Shown: positions 19,887 to 29,874, counted from the first letter of the stretch. The stretch: 64,000 nucleotides of DNA from an uncultured Streptococcus sp. (GCA_902470035.1 CABREZ010000001.1:5813-69812), one strand, 5' to 3'. The notes: generated by a model from the letters alone, not told the origin. Numbers and translations are program-made.

Positions 19887-20115
19887 ATACTTTTGAAAAT
19901 TGTACCGAATCTCACATTATAACTATACCAAATAATAAAGGTTAAACAAGGGATGTAATGGACAGTCTTTAGTTTGATCAAAAAGAACTATAATTTGTAG
20001 AGAATAGATAATATTCTTCGTTTTTTAATTCTGAAATACTAGATTTTTAACTTGAATAGTTGTGAATTTATATAAGATAAGGTAGAATGGAAAGGATGAA
20101 TTGAAAGGATAACAC

Positions 20116-20586
20116 ATGAACTACATTATTACTTTTTTTATCTCCATGATTCCTCTGGTAGAACTTCGTGGAGCCGTTCCCTACGCCATCTCTAGCGGAA
20201 TTCCTCTTTGGCAAGCTCTCCTGATTGGGGTCATTGGCAACATGCTTCCTGTCCCTATTATCTTCTTTTTCGCTCGCCATATCCTAGAATGGGGGAAAGA
20301 TAAGCCTGTTATCGGGAACTTTTTCACTTGGTGTCTCAACAAAGGCCATCGTGGAGGACAAAAATTAGAAGAAGCTGCAGGGGATAAGGGAATCTTTTGG
20401 GCCCTCCTCTTGTTCGTCGGTATTCCCTTACCAGGAACTGGAGCCTGGACTGGTACCCTCGCCGCATCTATTCTGGACTGGGATTTCAAAAGGAGTGTAC
20501 TTGCTGTCATGCTGGGAGTCATTCTAGCAGGGCTTATCATGGGAACCCTCTCGCTCCTCTTTGGACTCGATACCTTTGCGCATTAA
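20116..20586 (+). CDS. COG2426 / small multidrug export family membrane protein
   Basis: 'SMIPLVELRGAVP' and 'FVGIPLPGTGAWTG' signatures. Confidence 0.88.
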   Translation: MNYIITFFISMIPLVELRGAVPYAISSGIPLWQALLIGVIGNMLPVPIIFFFARHILEWGKDKPVIGNFFTWCLNKGHRGGQKLEEAAGDKGIFWALLLFVGIPLPGTGAWTGTLAASILDWDFKRSVLAVMLGVILAGLIMGTLSLLFGLDTFAH

Positions 20587-20594
20587 TACCAAAA

Positions 20595-20769
20595 GAGGCT
20601 GGGACAAAAGTCCTAGCCTCTCAATTGTCTTTGGATTATCAAGCAAGACGCAGTGGTTGAGTGGGCTCTACTACGCTGATTTCATCAGCTTTTACAGCCC
20701 TACTCAACTGTGCGGAGGTGGGACGACGAAATCGAATTCTAACGAATTACCGATTTCTGTCCCACTCTC
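20595..20769. mobile_element. 175-bp MITE-like dispersed repeat, copy 1
   Basis: Near-identical to 53983-54157, 55155-55329 and 56950-57124; imperfect terminal inverted repeats GAGGCTGGGACAAAA / TTTCTGTCCCACTCTC. Confidence 0.85.
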
Positions 20770-20780
20770 TTTTCTTCTTG

Positions 20781-20809
20781 CAAAAAAGAGGTTTCTATCG
20801 AAACCTCTT
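20781..20809 (-). terminator. tsf terminator
   Basis: aagaggtttc-tatc-gaaacctctt hairpin plus A6. Confidence 0.8.
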
Positions 20810-20820
20810 ATATTTTATTC

Positions 20821-21861
20821 TTAGTTGTTAAGAGCTGCTGCCATTGTAGCTGCAACTTCTGCTTCAAAGTCGTTTGAAGCTTTCTCGATTCCTTCACCAA
20901 CTTCAAAGCGAACGAATTCAACAACTGAAGCATTTACTGATTCAAGGTAAGCTTCCACTGTCTTGCTGTCATCCATGATGTAAACTTGTGCAAGAAGTGT
21001 GTAAGCTTGGTCAACTTTCGTATTGTCCAAGAAGAAGCGATCCATTTTACCTGGGATGATTTTATCCCAGATTTTTTCTGGTTTACCTTCAGCTGCCAAT
21101 TCAGCTTTGATATCTTCTTCAGCTTGAGCGACAACTTCGTCAGTCAATTGAGCTTTAGAACCATACTTCAAGTGTGGAAGAGCTGGTTTACCAACCATTG
21201 CACGGCTTTCGTTATCTTGGTCAATGACGTGATTCAATTGTGCCAACTCATCTTTCACGAATTGCTCATCCAATTCTTTGTATGAAAGAACAGTTGGTTT
21301 CATTGCAGCGATGTGCATTGAAATTTGTTTAGCAAGTGCTTCGTCTCCACCTTCGATTACAGAGATAACACCGATACGTCCGCCGTTGTGTTGGTATGCA
21401 CCGAAGTGTTGTGCATCTGTTTTTTCAAGCAAAGCAAAACGACGGAATGAGATTTTTTCTCCGATTGTAGCTGTTGCAGATACGTATGCTGCTTCAAGAG
21501 TTTCACCTGAAGGCATTGTCAAAGCAAGAGCTTCTTCGTTGTTAGCTGGTTTACCTTCAGCGATGACTTTCGCAGTTGCATTTACCAATTCAACGAATTG
21601 AGCGTTTTTCGCAACGAAGTCAGTTTCAGCATTTACTTCAACTACTGCTGCAACGTTACCGTTCACATAAACCCCAGTCAAACCTTCAGCGGCAACACGG
21701 TCAGCTTTCTTAGCTGCCTTAGCCATACCTTTTTCGCGAAGCAATTCGATTGCTTTTTCGATGTCACCATCAACCTCAACCAAGGCTTTCTTAGCGTCCA
21801 TGACACCAGCACCAGATTTTTCACGCAACTCTTTAACAAGTTTAGCTGTAATTTCTGCCAT
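20821..21861 (-). CDS. tsf: Elongation factor Ts
   Basis: '[20 protein letters not shown]', '[10 protein letters not shown]'. Confidence 0.99.
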   Translation of the reverse strand: MAEITAKLVKELREKSGAGVMDAKKALVEVDGDIEKAIELLREKGMAKAAKKADRVAAEGLTGVYVNGNVAAVVEVNAETDFVAKNAQFVELVNATAKVIAEGKPANNEEALALTMPSGETLEAAYVSATATIGEKISFRRFALLEKTDAQHFGAYQHNGGRIGVISVIEGGDEALAKQISMHIAAMKPTVLSYKELDEQFVKDELAQLNHVIDQDNESRAMVGKPALPHLKYGSKAQLTDEVVAQAEEDIKAELAAEGKPEKIWDKIIPGKMDRFFLDNTKVDQAYTLLAQVYIMDDSKTVEAYLESVNASVVEFVRFEVGEGIEKASNDFEAEVAATMAAALNN

Positions 21862-21939
21862 TTTGATTCTCCTATATTTTTTTAAAAATAGGAGAGCCGG
21901 GCTAAGCCCCGCCCTCCTAGGTAATTACGATTGTGATAA

Positions 21940-22722
21940 TTAAGCGTTGTCGCCTTCTACAACTTCAACGATTTCTTCGATTGAATCTGCTTGAGTTTCA
22001 GTTGCTGCCAATTCAGCTTCAACTGATGCAACTGCATCTTCACCTTGGCGTCCTTCGATAACAGCGTCAGCCATTTTCGCAGTGATTAATTTAACAGCAC
22101 GGATAGCATCATCGTTTGCTGGGATGATTACATCGATATCGTCTGGATCAGTGTTTGTGTCGACCATCGCTACAACTGGGATACCCAATTTCTTAGCTTC
22201 TTTAACAGCGATTTGCTCTTTGTGTGGGTCAACAACGTACATTACGTCTGGGATACGAGGCATATCTTCGATACCACCCAAGAATTTTTCAAGACGAGCG
22301 CGTTGTTTGTTAAGAAGTGCAACTTCTTTCTTAGGAAGAACGTCGAAGATTCCTTCTTCTTCCATGCGTTTGATTTCTTTCAAACGAGCGATACGTTTTT
22401 GGATTGTTCCCCAGTTAGTAAGGGTACCACCCAACCAACGGTGGTTGATGTAGTATTGACCTGAACGAACAGCTTCTTCAGCAACAGCTTCAGCAGCTTG
22501 TTTCTTAGTACCAACAAACAATACAACTGCGTCGTTTGCAGCAGCATCACGCATGAAGTCATATGCTTGGTCAGCGTATTTTACAGTTTGTTGCAAGTCG
22601 ATAACGTGGATTCCGTTACGCTCAGTGAAGATGTACTTAGCCATCTTAGGGTTCCAGCGACGAGTTTGGTGACCGAAGTGTACACCAGCCTCAAGAAGTT
22701 GTTTCATTGAAATTACTGCCAT
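21940..22722 (-). CDS. rpsB: 30S ribosomal protein S2
   Basis: '[27 protein letters not shown]'; start reassigned to 22722. Confidence 0.99.
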   Translation of the reverse strand: MAVISMKQLLEAGVHFGHQTRRWNPKMAKYIFTERNGIHVIDLQQTVKYADQAYDFMRDAAANDAVVLFVGTKKQAAEAVAEEAVRSGQYYINHRWLGGTLTNWGTIQKRIARLKEIKRMEEEGIFDVLPKKEVALLNKQRARLEKFLGGIEDMPRIPDVMYVVDPHKEQIAVKEAKKLGIPVVAMVDTNTDPDDIDVIIPANDDAIRAVKLITAKMADAVIEGRQGEDAVASVEAELAATETQADSIEEIVEVVEGDNA

Positions 22723-22837
22723 GAGTAAATTCTCCTTTTTGTTTTTTTCTCCTCTCCCAGACGTCAGCTTGCAACACGACCACAAGGGCAACGGTGCCAC
22801 AATGGTTCCGGGATGAGTATTTATTGCTTTACGCAAC
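22723..22837 (-). ncRNA. rpsB 5' leader (S2-autoregulatory / t44-like)
   Basis: Promoter TTGCAA(22867-72)-17-TATACT(22844-49) with extended TG gives a leader of about 115 nt with GC-rich stems; conserved position in bacteria. Confidence 0.55.
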
Positions 22838-22994
22838 TTTATTAGTATAGCAGATTTAGAAGCTTTTTGCAAGTCATTTGAGAGAAATTCCTAGACTTTC
22901 CTGCTTTTCTTCAGGGCTCTCCCTCCTTCCTTTATGTTTTTCTGCACGATTCTCATTCTTTCCCTTTCATAAGCCTTTTGTCCGAAATTTTTTC

Positions 22995-23023
22995 TTGACC
23001 TTATCTGATTTTTAAGATAAAAT
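22995..23023 (+). promoter_or_regulatory. tRNA-Cys promoter
   Basis: TTGACC(22995-23000)-17-TAAAAT(23018-23023). Confidence 0.65.
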
Positions 23024-23035
23024 AGAATATGTTGT

Positions 23036-23106
23036 GGCGGTATAGCCAAGTGGTAAGGCACGGCTCTGCAAAAGCTTGATCGTCGGTTCAAATCCGTCTA
23101 CCGCCT
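23036..23106 (+). tRNA. tRNA-Cys(GCA)
   Basis: GGCGGTA/TACCGCC acceptor stem, anticodon loop CTGCAAA, GGTTCAAATCC T-arm; CCA not encoded. Confidence 0.97.
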
Positions 23107-23125
23107 TCACAAACAAATATCAATG

Positions 23126-23148
23126 AGCCCAGCAATGGGCTTTTTTTG
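23126..23148 (+). terminator. tRNA-Cys terminator
   Basis: agccca-gcaa-tgggct followed by a T-run. Confidence 0.8.
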
Positions 23149-23221
23149 ATACCATCACTTGATCGGACTGCACCATCGCTCCTTTGCGAGCGATCCTGTT
23201 CTCCACTCATGAAAGGAAAAG

Positions 23222-23947
23222 ATGATTATGAAAAAAGTTACCCTATATGCTCTCAGCATCCTCTCTTTTGCCATGCTCACCGCTTGCCAACCGGCTGCAC
23301 CAGAGACTCACCAAAGAAAACCTCTTGTGAGCAGTTCTAAAAAAACTTCTAAAAGCTCAAAGAGTTCTAGAAGTTCATATTCTAAAAAGTCGAGTAGCAA
23401 AAAGGATTTTTCATCAGGCTTCGATAAGGATGATTCTTATAGCTCTTCAGATTCTAACACGCGCGAGGATACTAACTATACAATGAGCTGGATGGACCAA
23501 GGGGAAGCTCTTGAAGCTATCGGAGATATCCCCGAAATGCCAAAATGGGTTGCATTCAAAGAAATTAAAGTGGAGGCCCTCATTGGCAATGAGAACCTTA
23601 CTCCTACTTCAAAAGAAGAAATCCTCAGAAAGTTGGGATCTGCTGACACTGATACTGCTGATGATCTCTATTGGCATGGAGATAACTTTAGTATCTTGAT
23701 TGGATTTAATGAAAAAAATCAAGTATCTAACAAAATTGCAACCCTGCCTAACGCTAAAAAGGTTACGAATCTCAAGGATATTCAACCTGGAATGACAGCT
23801 AAAGAAGTCGTCGAAAAACACGGCCGTCCAGAAACTGTTTTCGTCTTTGGCTACGCGACTATCTTTAGTTGGAAGGGAGAAGACGGAAAAGACTACTCAG
23901 TTGGTTTTGACAAAGAAACAGTCTTCCAAATCTCTGAGCCTGCATAA
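23222..23947 (+). CDS. Lipoprotein with Ser/Lys-rich linker and two BLIP/SmpA-OmlA-like repeats
   Basis: Lipobox 'MLTAC'; repeats 'SKEEILRKLGSAD' and 'GMTAKEVVEKHGRPE'. Confidence 0.7.
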   Translation: MIMKKVTLYALSILSFAMLTACQPAAPETHQRKPLVSSSKKTSKSSKSSRSSYSKKSSSKKDFSSGFDKDDSYSSSDSNTREDTNYTMSWMDQGEALEAIGDIPEMPKWVAFKEIKVEALIGNENLTPTSKEEILRKLGSADTDTADDLYWHGDNFSILIGFNEKNQVSNKIATLPNAKKVTNLKDIQPGMTAKEVVEKHGRPETVFVFGYATIFSWKGEDGKDYSVGFDKETVFQISEPA

Positions 23948-23968
23948 GAATCCCTTCTCAACAAACAC

Positions 23969-24000
23969 AAATCCTCCAAGACCAGCGTCTTGGAGGATTT
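23969..24000. terminator. Bidirectional terminator (lipoprotein/nusG)
   Basis: aaatcctccaagac-cagc-gtcttggaggattt between convergent genes. Confidence 0.8.
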
Positions 24001-24034
24001 CTTTCTATCAAGGGGAAGGCCCCTTTTTCATTCC

Positions 24035-24571
24035 TTACAATTCTGCAATTTGATTGAGGTTGACTTCTGCCACAGTGTCATTTCCAAACATGGTGATAAT
24101 CATTTTCACCTTGTTGTTATCGATTTCTGTGATCTTACCAGTGTAGTCTGCAAAAGCACCATCGATAATGCGTACAGTATCTCCCACCTTCACATCAATA
24201 TTGAAATCTTGAACCGTTTGTCCCATCGAAATCAAGATGTTGCGGATTTCGTCTTCCAAAAGGGGAGTTGGTTTTGAACGGTTCCCGTGTGATCCAACAA
24301 ATCCAGTTACGTTTGGTGTGTTCCGAACGACAAACCAAGCTTCATCGGTCATGACCATTTCTACCAAGACATAACCAGGGAAACGATTTTCTTCGATTTC
24401 TTTTGTTTTCCCGTTCTTCTCGATTTGCACAGTTTGAGTAGGGATTTCCACGCGCAAGATGTTTTCCAACATGTTATATGTTTGTGCGCGTTGAAGAAGG
24501 TTTTCCTTCACTTTGTTTTCATATCCTGAGTAGGTCTGTAGGACAAACCAGCCTTTGTCAAAACTATCCAT
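24035..24571 (-). CDS. nusG: Transcription termination/antitermination factor NusG
   Basis: 'WFVLQTYSGYENKV', 'VRNTPNVTGFVG', KOW motif. Confidence 0.99.
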   Translation of the reverse strand: MDSFDKGWFVLQTYSGYENKVKENLLQRAQTYNMLENILRVEIPTQTVQIEKNGKTKEIEENRFPGYVLVEMVMTDEAWFVVRNTPNVTGFVGSHGNRSKPTPLLEDEIRNILISMGQTVQDFNIDVKVGDTVRIIDGAFADYTGKITEIDNNKVKMIITMFGNDTVAEVNLNQIAEL

Positions 24572-24756
24572 TTTTGTTTCCTTTCTTATCTACCAGAAGG
24601 TAATCGTTTCATCACGATACTAAAAAAAGCCTTCTGGCTCTTGTTTTCCTAGCTCCATTATAACATAAAACCGAAGAAAGCAAAGAAGTTTCTCTTGTTT
24701 TTCTTTAGCAAGATAAGAAAAAAAGCATCCACAGGGGACGCAAATTTATTTCTTTT

Positions 24757-24933
24757 TTAGAACATATCGATTAGCTTCAAAATACCTTTAGCCACTACTT
24801 GGTCAAACAAATAAATCAAAGCTACAAAAAAAGCGGTATACTCAATCACGGAGATAAAGTTTTTCCATCTTTCCTTGCGATTTGGCCAAGTCGTGTTTTT
24901 TAGCAAGACAAAAATATCTTTAAAAAATTTCAC
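24757..24933 (-). CDS. secE: Preprotein translocase subunit SecE (missed by ORF track)
   Basis: GTG start; MKFFKDIFVLLKNTTWPNRKERWKNFISVIEYTAFFVALIYLFDQVVAKGILKLIDMF; canonical rpmG-secE-nusG order. Confidence 0.93.
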   Translation of the reverse strand: MKFFKDIFVLLKNTTWPNRKERWKNFISVIEYTAFFVALIYLFDQVVAKGILKLIDMF

Positions 24934-24942
24934 AACATTCTC

Positions 24943-25095
24943 CTATCTGGTTTCTTTATGAATTGTATATTTGCTACAATGTTTACAAAACTTGTTAACT
25001 TCTAGACGTTTTGGTTTTGGCGTCGCACTCAACTTGATTGAGTAGTTGCGTGACCCACAAACCGTACACGCTAGACTTGCTTTTTTTAATGCCAT
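24943..25095 (-). CDS. rpmG: 50S ribosomal protein L33, Zn-binding C+ form (missed by ORF track)
   Basis: [18 protein letters not shown]...[17 protein letters not shown] with two CxxC motifs. Confidence 0.95.
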   Translation of the reverse strand: MALKKASLACTVCGSRNYSIKLSATPKPKRLEVNKFCKHCSKYTIHKETR

Positions 25096-25220
25096 AACGC
25101 CTCCATCCATACTATTATAGCAAGTTTTCTACTATTTGACAAGCTCTTCCACTCTAAGGGAGCGCATTTATTTGGCTTTTCTCTATGATTTGGTACAATA
25201 TAGAGGATAAAGGAGAAATT

Positions 25221-26141
25221 ATGAAAAGCGATCATCTGAAAGAAAGTAAAAACATTGAAGACCGTCGCGAGCAAAGTGGCGGGAGCTACTCATCTGGCCA
25301 CTCTGGTGGGAATTTAGGGGGTGGTATTTTACAGATCCTCCTCTCGCCTGGAAGCTTCAAGAGTAAACTAATCTTGATCCTGGTCCTCATCTTTTTGAGT
25401 GGCGGAGCTGGATTAAGCGGGCTCTTTGACCAAGGTCAAAGTACGCAGAACTATAACTCAGGACAAGTCACGCGCCAAAGCAATACCCAGGTGAGTGACG
25501 GAGATAGCAAATTCGTCAGTCAAGTCCTTGGAACTACTGAGGATTTCTGGGGGCAAACCTTCCAAAATGAAGGCCGAACCTATCACAAGCCAACCTTGGT
25601 TTTCTATACGGGTCAAACTCGAACTGGCTGTGGTGTAGGCCAAGCATCTGCCGGCCCCTTCTACTGTCCGACAGACCAAAAGATCTATTTGGACATCAGC
25701 TTCTACAAAGAGTTGACCACCAAATACAAAGCCAGCGGAGATTTTGCTATGGCTTATGTCATCGCTCACGAAGTCGGCCACCACATCCAAAACGAATTGG
25801 GGACTCTTCAGAGTTACCAGAAAGCCATCCGAGGGAAAAGCGAGACAGAAAAAAATGCCCTCAATATCCGTTTGGAACTTCAAGCTGACTACTATGCGGG
25901 TATGTGGGCTCGCTACATTGAAGAACGAGGCCTCATGGAGACAGGAGATATCGAAGAAGCGCTCAATGCTGCCCATGCCGTGGGAGATGATACCCTTCAA
26001 GAACAAGCCTATGGCTACTCCGTCCCTGATAGCTTCACCCACGGGACTTCTGAACAACGCATGCGCTGGTTCAAACGTGGTTACCAATACGCTGATTTTG
26101 AGCACGGAGATACCTTCAGCGTCTCTGACGAAGACTTGTAA
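25221..26141 (+). CDS. Neutral zinc metallopeptidase (YpfJ/Zn_peptidase family)
   Basis: 'GPFYCP', 'YVIAHEVGHHIQ' HExxH, 'ELQAD', 'FTHGTSEQR'; ATG at 25221 after an AAAGGAG RBS. Confidence 0.9.
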   Translation: MKSDHLKESKNIEDRREQSGGSYSSGHSGGNLGGGILQILLSPGSFKSKLILILVLIFLSGGAGLSGLFDQGQSTQNYNSGQVTRQSNTQVSDGDSKFVSQVLGTTEDFWGQTFQNEGRTYHKPTLVFYTGQTRTGCGVGQASAGPFYCPTDQKIYLDISFYKELTTKYKASGDFAMAYVIAHEVGHHIQNELGTLQSYQKAIRGKSETEKNALNIRLELQADYYAGMWARYIEERGLMETGDIEEALNAAHAVGDDTLQEQAYGYSVPDSFTHGTSEQRMRWFKRGYQYADFEHGDTFSVSDEDL

Positions 26142-26154
26142 CAACCCTAAAACC

Positions 26155-26186
26155 AAAAGCCTTTCAGATTATCTGAAGGCTTTTTT
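26155..26186 (+). terminator. Terminator of the metallopeptidase gene
   Basis: aaaagcctttcaga-tta-tctgaaggcttttt. Confidence 0.8.
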
Positions 26187-26283
26187 GTTACTTTATCTAC
26201 AGTTATCTATGCTTTATAATGGCCGGGAGTGTTTAATAGCTAAAGATGATTTCTATTTTATGAAATTATTCAACTTAATCTCA

Positions 26284-26418
26284 AAACTTTCCGCCGTGAG
26301 AAAAGTGCTTGAAACACTACGTTTCAAGCACTCGGGAGTTTTGAAGCCTTAGATTCAAAACTAAGTCATGGAACTTCTTCGAAGTTCGCTGACGTCCGTA
26401 CTCACCTAAGGAAAGTTT
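26284..26418. repeat. Nested-hairpin structured intergenic element
   Basis: Outer stems aaactttcc/ggaaagttt and gtgag/ctcac enclose agtgcttgaaac/gtttcaagcact, ttttgaa/ttcaaaa and gaacttc/gaagttc. Confidence 0.6.
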
Positions 26419-26471
26419 CTAAGAAGACTGTGAATAGCAAGAAATCTTACCATCTTTTAAAGGTCTATTTT

Positions 26472-28703
26472 TTAGAATCCAAACCAACCTTTGAAAGTAT
26501 CCCAGGCATTTTGTGCTTTTCCAGGAATATCTGCTTCATCGATAGCTTTTTTGGCATCGTCTACGATACCTGCAGCGCGTTCTTTGACCGTATCAAAGAA
26601 GCCCTTGTCCTCTTCTGGACTCTCTGTTTCTGTTTCTTGACCGACAGGGGCAATGCCATTTTCCTGGTAAGAATTTTTCTCATTGTCAAAGCTAGTTCCT
26701 TCTGTATAAGGAAGGACGCTATTGGCTACATTTCGGAAGATCACTGAGGCCGTCTCTGCACTGGTCCCTGTCAAATAGTGGGTTTCATCCGTCTTAGGGA
26801 ATCCTAGCCACTGACTAATGACCACATCTGGCGTGTAGCCAATGACCCACTGGTCACCAGAGAGATCTGGGTTGAAGTCCGTTTCAGTCGTTCCTGTTTT
26901 ACCAGCCATGGTATAGCCATATGGTGCTGCGTTGACACCCGTTCCGTTGGTAAAGGTTCCCAACATCATATTGGTCATCTTCTTATTGGCTGAGCTGCTG
27001 AGCACTCGTTTCGATTTTTGACTGTGGCTTTTCACGACCTGACCGCTGGCATTTTCAATCTTCGTAATGAGATGGGCATCGTTCATTACTCCATCATTGG
27101 CAAAGGTTCCATAGGCCTGAGCCATTTGAAGCGGATTGGTCGTCACGCCTGATCCCAGGGCTACTCCGAGAGATTTGTCCACATTGTCCATGTTGAGGCC
27201 AAATTTTTTCCCGTAATCAAAGACAGTATTGAGCCCCAACTCATTGGCTGTCGCTACAGCTGGCAGATTGAGAGATTCTGCCAAGGCTTGATACATAGGG
27301 ACGGTCGGGCTACCTTGAATGCCGCCGTAGTTATCGACTGTATAACTACCGTAGACCTTAGTCGTATTGTCCAATTCTTTGTTGGTCGACCAGCCGTTGG
27401 CAACAGCTGGACTATACACGACGAGAGGTTTAATGGTAGAGCCAGGACTTCTTGCAGATTGAGTCGCATAGTTGTAACTTCTGAAGCCAACATCTTGGTC
27501 ACTAGCCACGCGTCCAACGATAGCCCGCACTCCTCCGGTCTTAGGATCCAGGGCTACACTACCAGATTCTGCCCGCGTGCCATCTTCGGCAACTGGGAAG
27601 AGATCTACATTGTCGTAGATGACCTGCATGCTGGCTTGGTAATTCTGGTCCATCTCTGTATAAATCCGGTAACCATTCTTGATGATATCTTCTTCTGTTA
27701 GACCATATTCGTTGACAGCCTCGTTGATAACCGCATCAAAATAAGACGGGTAGCGATAATCTTCTGACTTGCCTTCATAGGCATCAATCAATTGGCCATG
27801 AATGTCGGCTGCGGCGGATTGATCTGCTGTGGCTTGATCGATATAACCAGCTGCGACCATATTTTGTAGGACCGTATTACGACGATTGGTCGCATTCTCG
27901 ACAGAATAAAGTGGATTATAAATTTCTGGCCCCTTGAGCATACCGGCAAGGACAGCTGACTGATCCAAAGTCAACTCACTAGCGGATACACCGAAATACT
28001 TCTTAGAAGCATCTTCAATCCCCCAAACCCCATTTCCAAAATAGGCATTATTGAGGTACATGGTCAAGATTTCTTTCTTACTATATTTTTTGTTAATCTC
28101 GAGGGCTAGGAAGAACTCCTTGGCCTTCCGCTCAACCGTCTGATCCTGAGAAAGATAGGCATTTTTGGCCAACTGTTGGGTAATCGTCGATCCCCCACCA
28201 GAGCGACCGGCAGTCAAAATCGCCAGGAAGAAACGACCGTAGTTAATCCCACTATTTTTGTAGAAACTCCGGTCTTCCGTCGCAACAACTGCATTTTGCA
28301 AGTTTTCGCTAATGGCATCTAACTCAACGTAGGTCCCTTTTTGTCCCGTTAGGCTACCTGCTTGGTTCCCATCTTTATCATAGATGATTGTAGTCGCCTT
28401 GAGGGCATTTTGCAGATCTGCTACATTGGTTGTCTTGGCTATGTAAAAAAGATAACCTCCGACAATGAGACTAAAGGTCAGGCCAATCAGTAGGAAGATC
28501 TTCGTCAAGTGATACTTGCGCCAAAAGCGTCTGATCGGATGTTGGGAGTGAGATTTTCTCCGTGACTTGTCCGAGCGGCTATAGGTCGGAGCTTGCTCCT
28601 CCCCGTCCGTTGATAACTCAACCTCTTCCGCAATCTTCCTTGGTTTTTTTTCTCGTTGGAAATGACGAATCATTCCCTCCATTAATTCTTTTAATTTGTT
28701 CAT
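26472..28703 (-). CDS. pbp2a: Class A penicillin-binding protein PBP2A
   Basis: Transglycosylase 'EDRSFY', 'GGSTITQQLAKN'; transpeptidase STIK, SLN and KTG motifs; next to rluA and rpmG-secE. Confidence 0.95.
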   Translation of the reverse strand: MNKLKELMEGMIRHFQREKKPRKIAEEVELSTDGEEQAPTYSRSDKSRRKSHSQHPIRRFWRKYHLTKIFLLIGLTFSLIVGGYLFYIAKTTNVADLQNALKATTIIYDKDGNQAGSLTGQKGTYVELDAISENLQNAVVATEDRSFYKNSGINYGRFFLAILTAGRSGGGSTITQQLAKNAYLSQDQTVERKAKEFFLALEINKKYSKKEILTMYLNNAYFGNGVWGIEDASKKYFGVSASELTLDQSAVLAGMLKGPEIYNPLYSVENATNRRNTVLQNMVAAGYIDQATADQSAAADIHGQLIDAYEGKSEDYRYPSYFDAVINEAVNEYGLTEEDIIKNGYRIYTEMDQNYQASMQVIYDNVDLFPVAEDGTRAESGSVALDPKTGGVRAIVGRVASDQDVGFRSYNYATQSARSPGSTIKPLVVYSPAVANGWSTNKELDNTTKVYGSYTVDNYGGIQGSPTVPMYQALAESLNLPAVATANELGLNTVFDYGKKFGLNMDNVDKSLGVALGSGVTTNPLQMAQAYGTFANDGVMNDAHLITKIENASGQVVKSHSQKSKRVLSSSANKKMTNMMLGTFTNGTGVNAAPYGYTMAGKTGTTETDFNPDLSGDQWVIGYTPDVVISQWLGFPKTDETHYLTGTSAETASVIFRNVANSVLPYTEGTSFDNEKNSYQENGIAPVGQETETESPEEDKGFFDTVKERAAGIVDDAKKAIDEADIPGKAQNAWDTFKGWFGF

Positions 28704-28887
28704 AGTCCCTATTTTATCACCTTCCTAACGTCTAGACAAGAAAGACCTTCGCAAGAAAGGATACTTTTAGCTTTCTTTAAGGTTCCCGTCAAATCCACTC
28801 TATAGAGGGCTTCAGCAACTTGAACCTCCTTTCCTCTCCCCTCCTTCTCGCCTTTTCTTTCCTCTTGCTTTCTGATACAATAACACT

Positions 28888-29763
28888 ATGCATTATACGA
28901 TAACGATACCAAGCGCCTTGCCCGCCATGACGGTCAAAGAGGCACTTGAAGATTATTTTCTCATCCCACGAAAGATTCGCCATTTTTTGCGAACAAAAAA
29001 ACATGTCCAAGTCAATGGGGAGACTGTCCATTGGCAATCCATGCTTGAGGCTGGTGACCAACTCACCCTCACCTTTGATCCAGAAGATTATGAAGAAAAG
29101 GATCTCCTAACAGGGGATGCTAGCCTGATCGAAACCCTCTATGAAGATGAGCATCTCATCATCGTAAACAAACCTGAAGGCATGAAAACGCACGCCAATC
29201 AACCAGATGAAATCGCCCTTCTTAATCATGTCTCTACTTATGTCGGAAAGACCTGTTATGTGGTTCATCGCTTGGACAAGGAGACCAGTGGAGCTCTTGT
29301 CTTTGCCAAGAATCCTTTTGTTTTACCCGTCCTGAATCGACTGCTAGAAGACAAGAAAATCCAACGAGACTATTGGGCCTTAATCCTAGGCAGCTTACCC
29401 AAAAAGCAGCTGGTTTATAAGGACAAATTGGGACGAGATCGCCACGATCGACGCAAACGCATTGTTGATTCTCGAAAGGGCCTCTATGCGGAAACCCATG
29501 TGACCAGCTTAAAGACTTTCAAACGCACCAGCTTGGTCAACTGCCAGCTCCAGACAGGTCGCACCCACCAGATCCGCGTCCATCTCTCTCACCATGGCCA
29601 TCCGATCGTGGGAGACCCTCTCTACAACCCAGAAAGAGCTCCTCGTCTCATGCTCCATGCCCACCGCTTGCGACTCACCCACCCCTTTACCTTAGAAAAA
29701 ATCCAAGTTGAGGCTCCTTCTGCAAGTTTTGAAAAAGGTTTAAAAGAGCAGACATCTCCATAG
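28888..29763 (+). CDS. RluA-family pseudouridine synthase
   Basis: 'VHRLDKETSG', 'GRTHQIRVHLSH', 'PIVGDPLY'. Confidence 0.95.
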   Translation: MHYTITIPSALPAMTVKEALEDYFLIPRKIRHFLRTKKHVQVNGETVHWQSMLEAGDQLTLTFDPEDYEEKDLLTGDASLIETLYEDEHLIIVNKPEGMKTHANQPDEIALLNHVSTYVGKTCYVVHRLDKETSGALVFAKNPFVLPVLNRLLEDKKIQRDYWALILGSLPKKQLVYKDKLGRDRHDRRKRIVDSRKGLYAETHVTSLKTFKRTSLVNCQLQTGRTHQIRVHLSHHGHPIVGDPLYNPERAPRLMLHAHRLRLTHPFTLEKIQVEAPSASFEKGLKEQTSP

Positions 29764-29820
29764 AGCCAAATTCCTGATGTTTGGATATTCTAATCTACTA
29801 CATTACAGAATAATTTAAAA

Positions 29821-29874
29821 GAGAGTGAGACAGAAATCGGTAATTCGTTAGAATTCGATTTCTGTCCCACTCTC
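29821..29874. mobile_element. Collapsed 54-bp derivative of the 175-bp MITE-like repeat
   Basis: gagagtgagacagaaatcggtaattcgttagaattcgatttctgtcccactctc is the right-end hairpin of the element, reversed and closed on itself. Confidence 0.75.

Noticed and set aside
22723..22872. N-terminal extensions in the ORF track (rpsB; likewise clpC, ctsR, fucosidase, bgaA, wchF, ireB, spxA2)
   Set aside because: Downstream starts match the conserved family N-termini, most with clear RBSs; the extensions overlap promoters or neighbouring genes.
23036..24000. Integrated element at tRNA-Cys
   Set aside because: No integrase and no duplicated tRNA 3' end were found in the window.
25458..26156. 232-aa - strand ORF
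   Set aside because: Antisense shadow of the zinc metallopeptidase.
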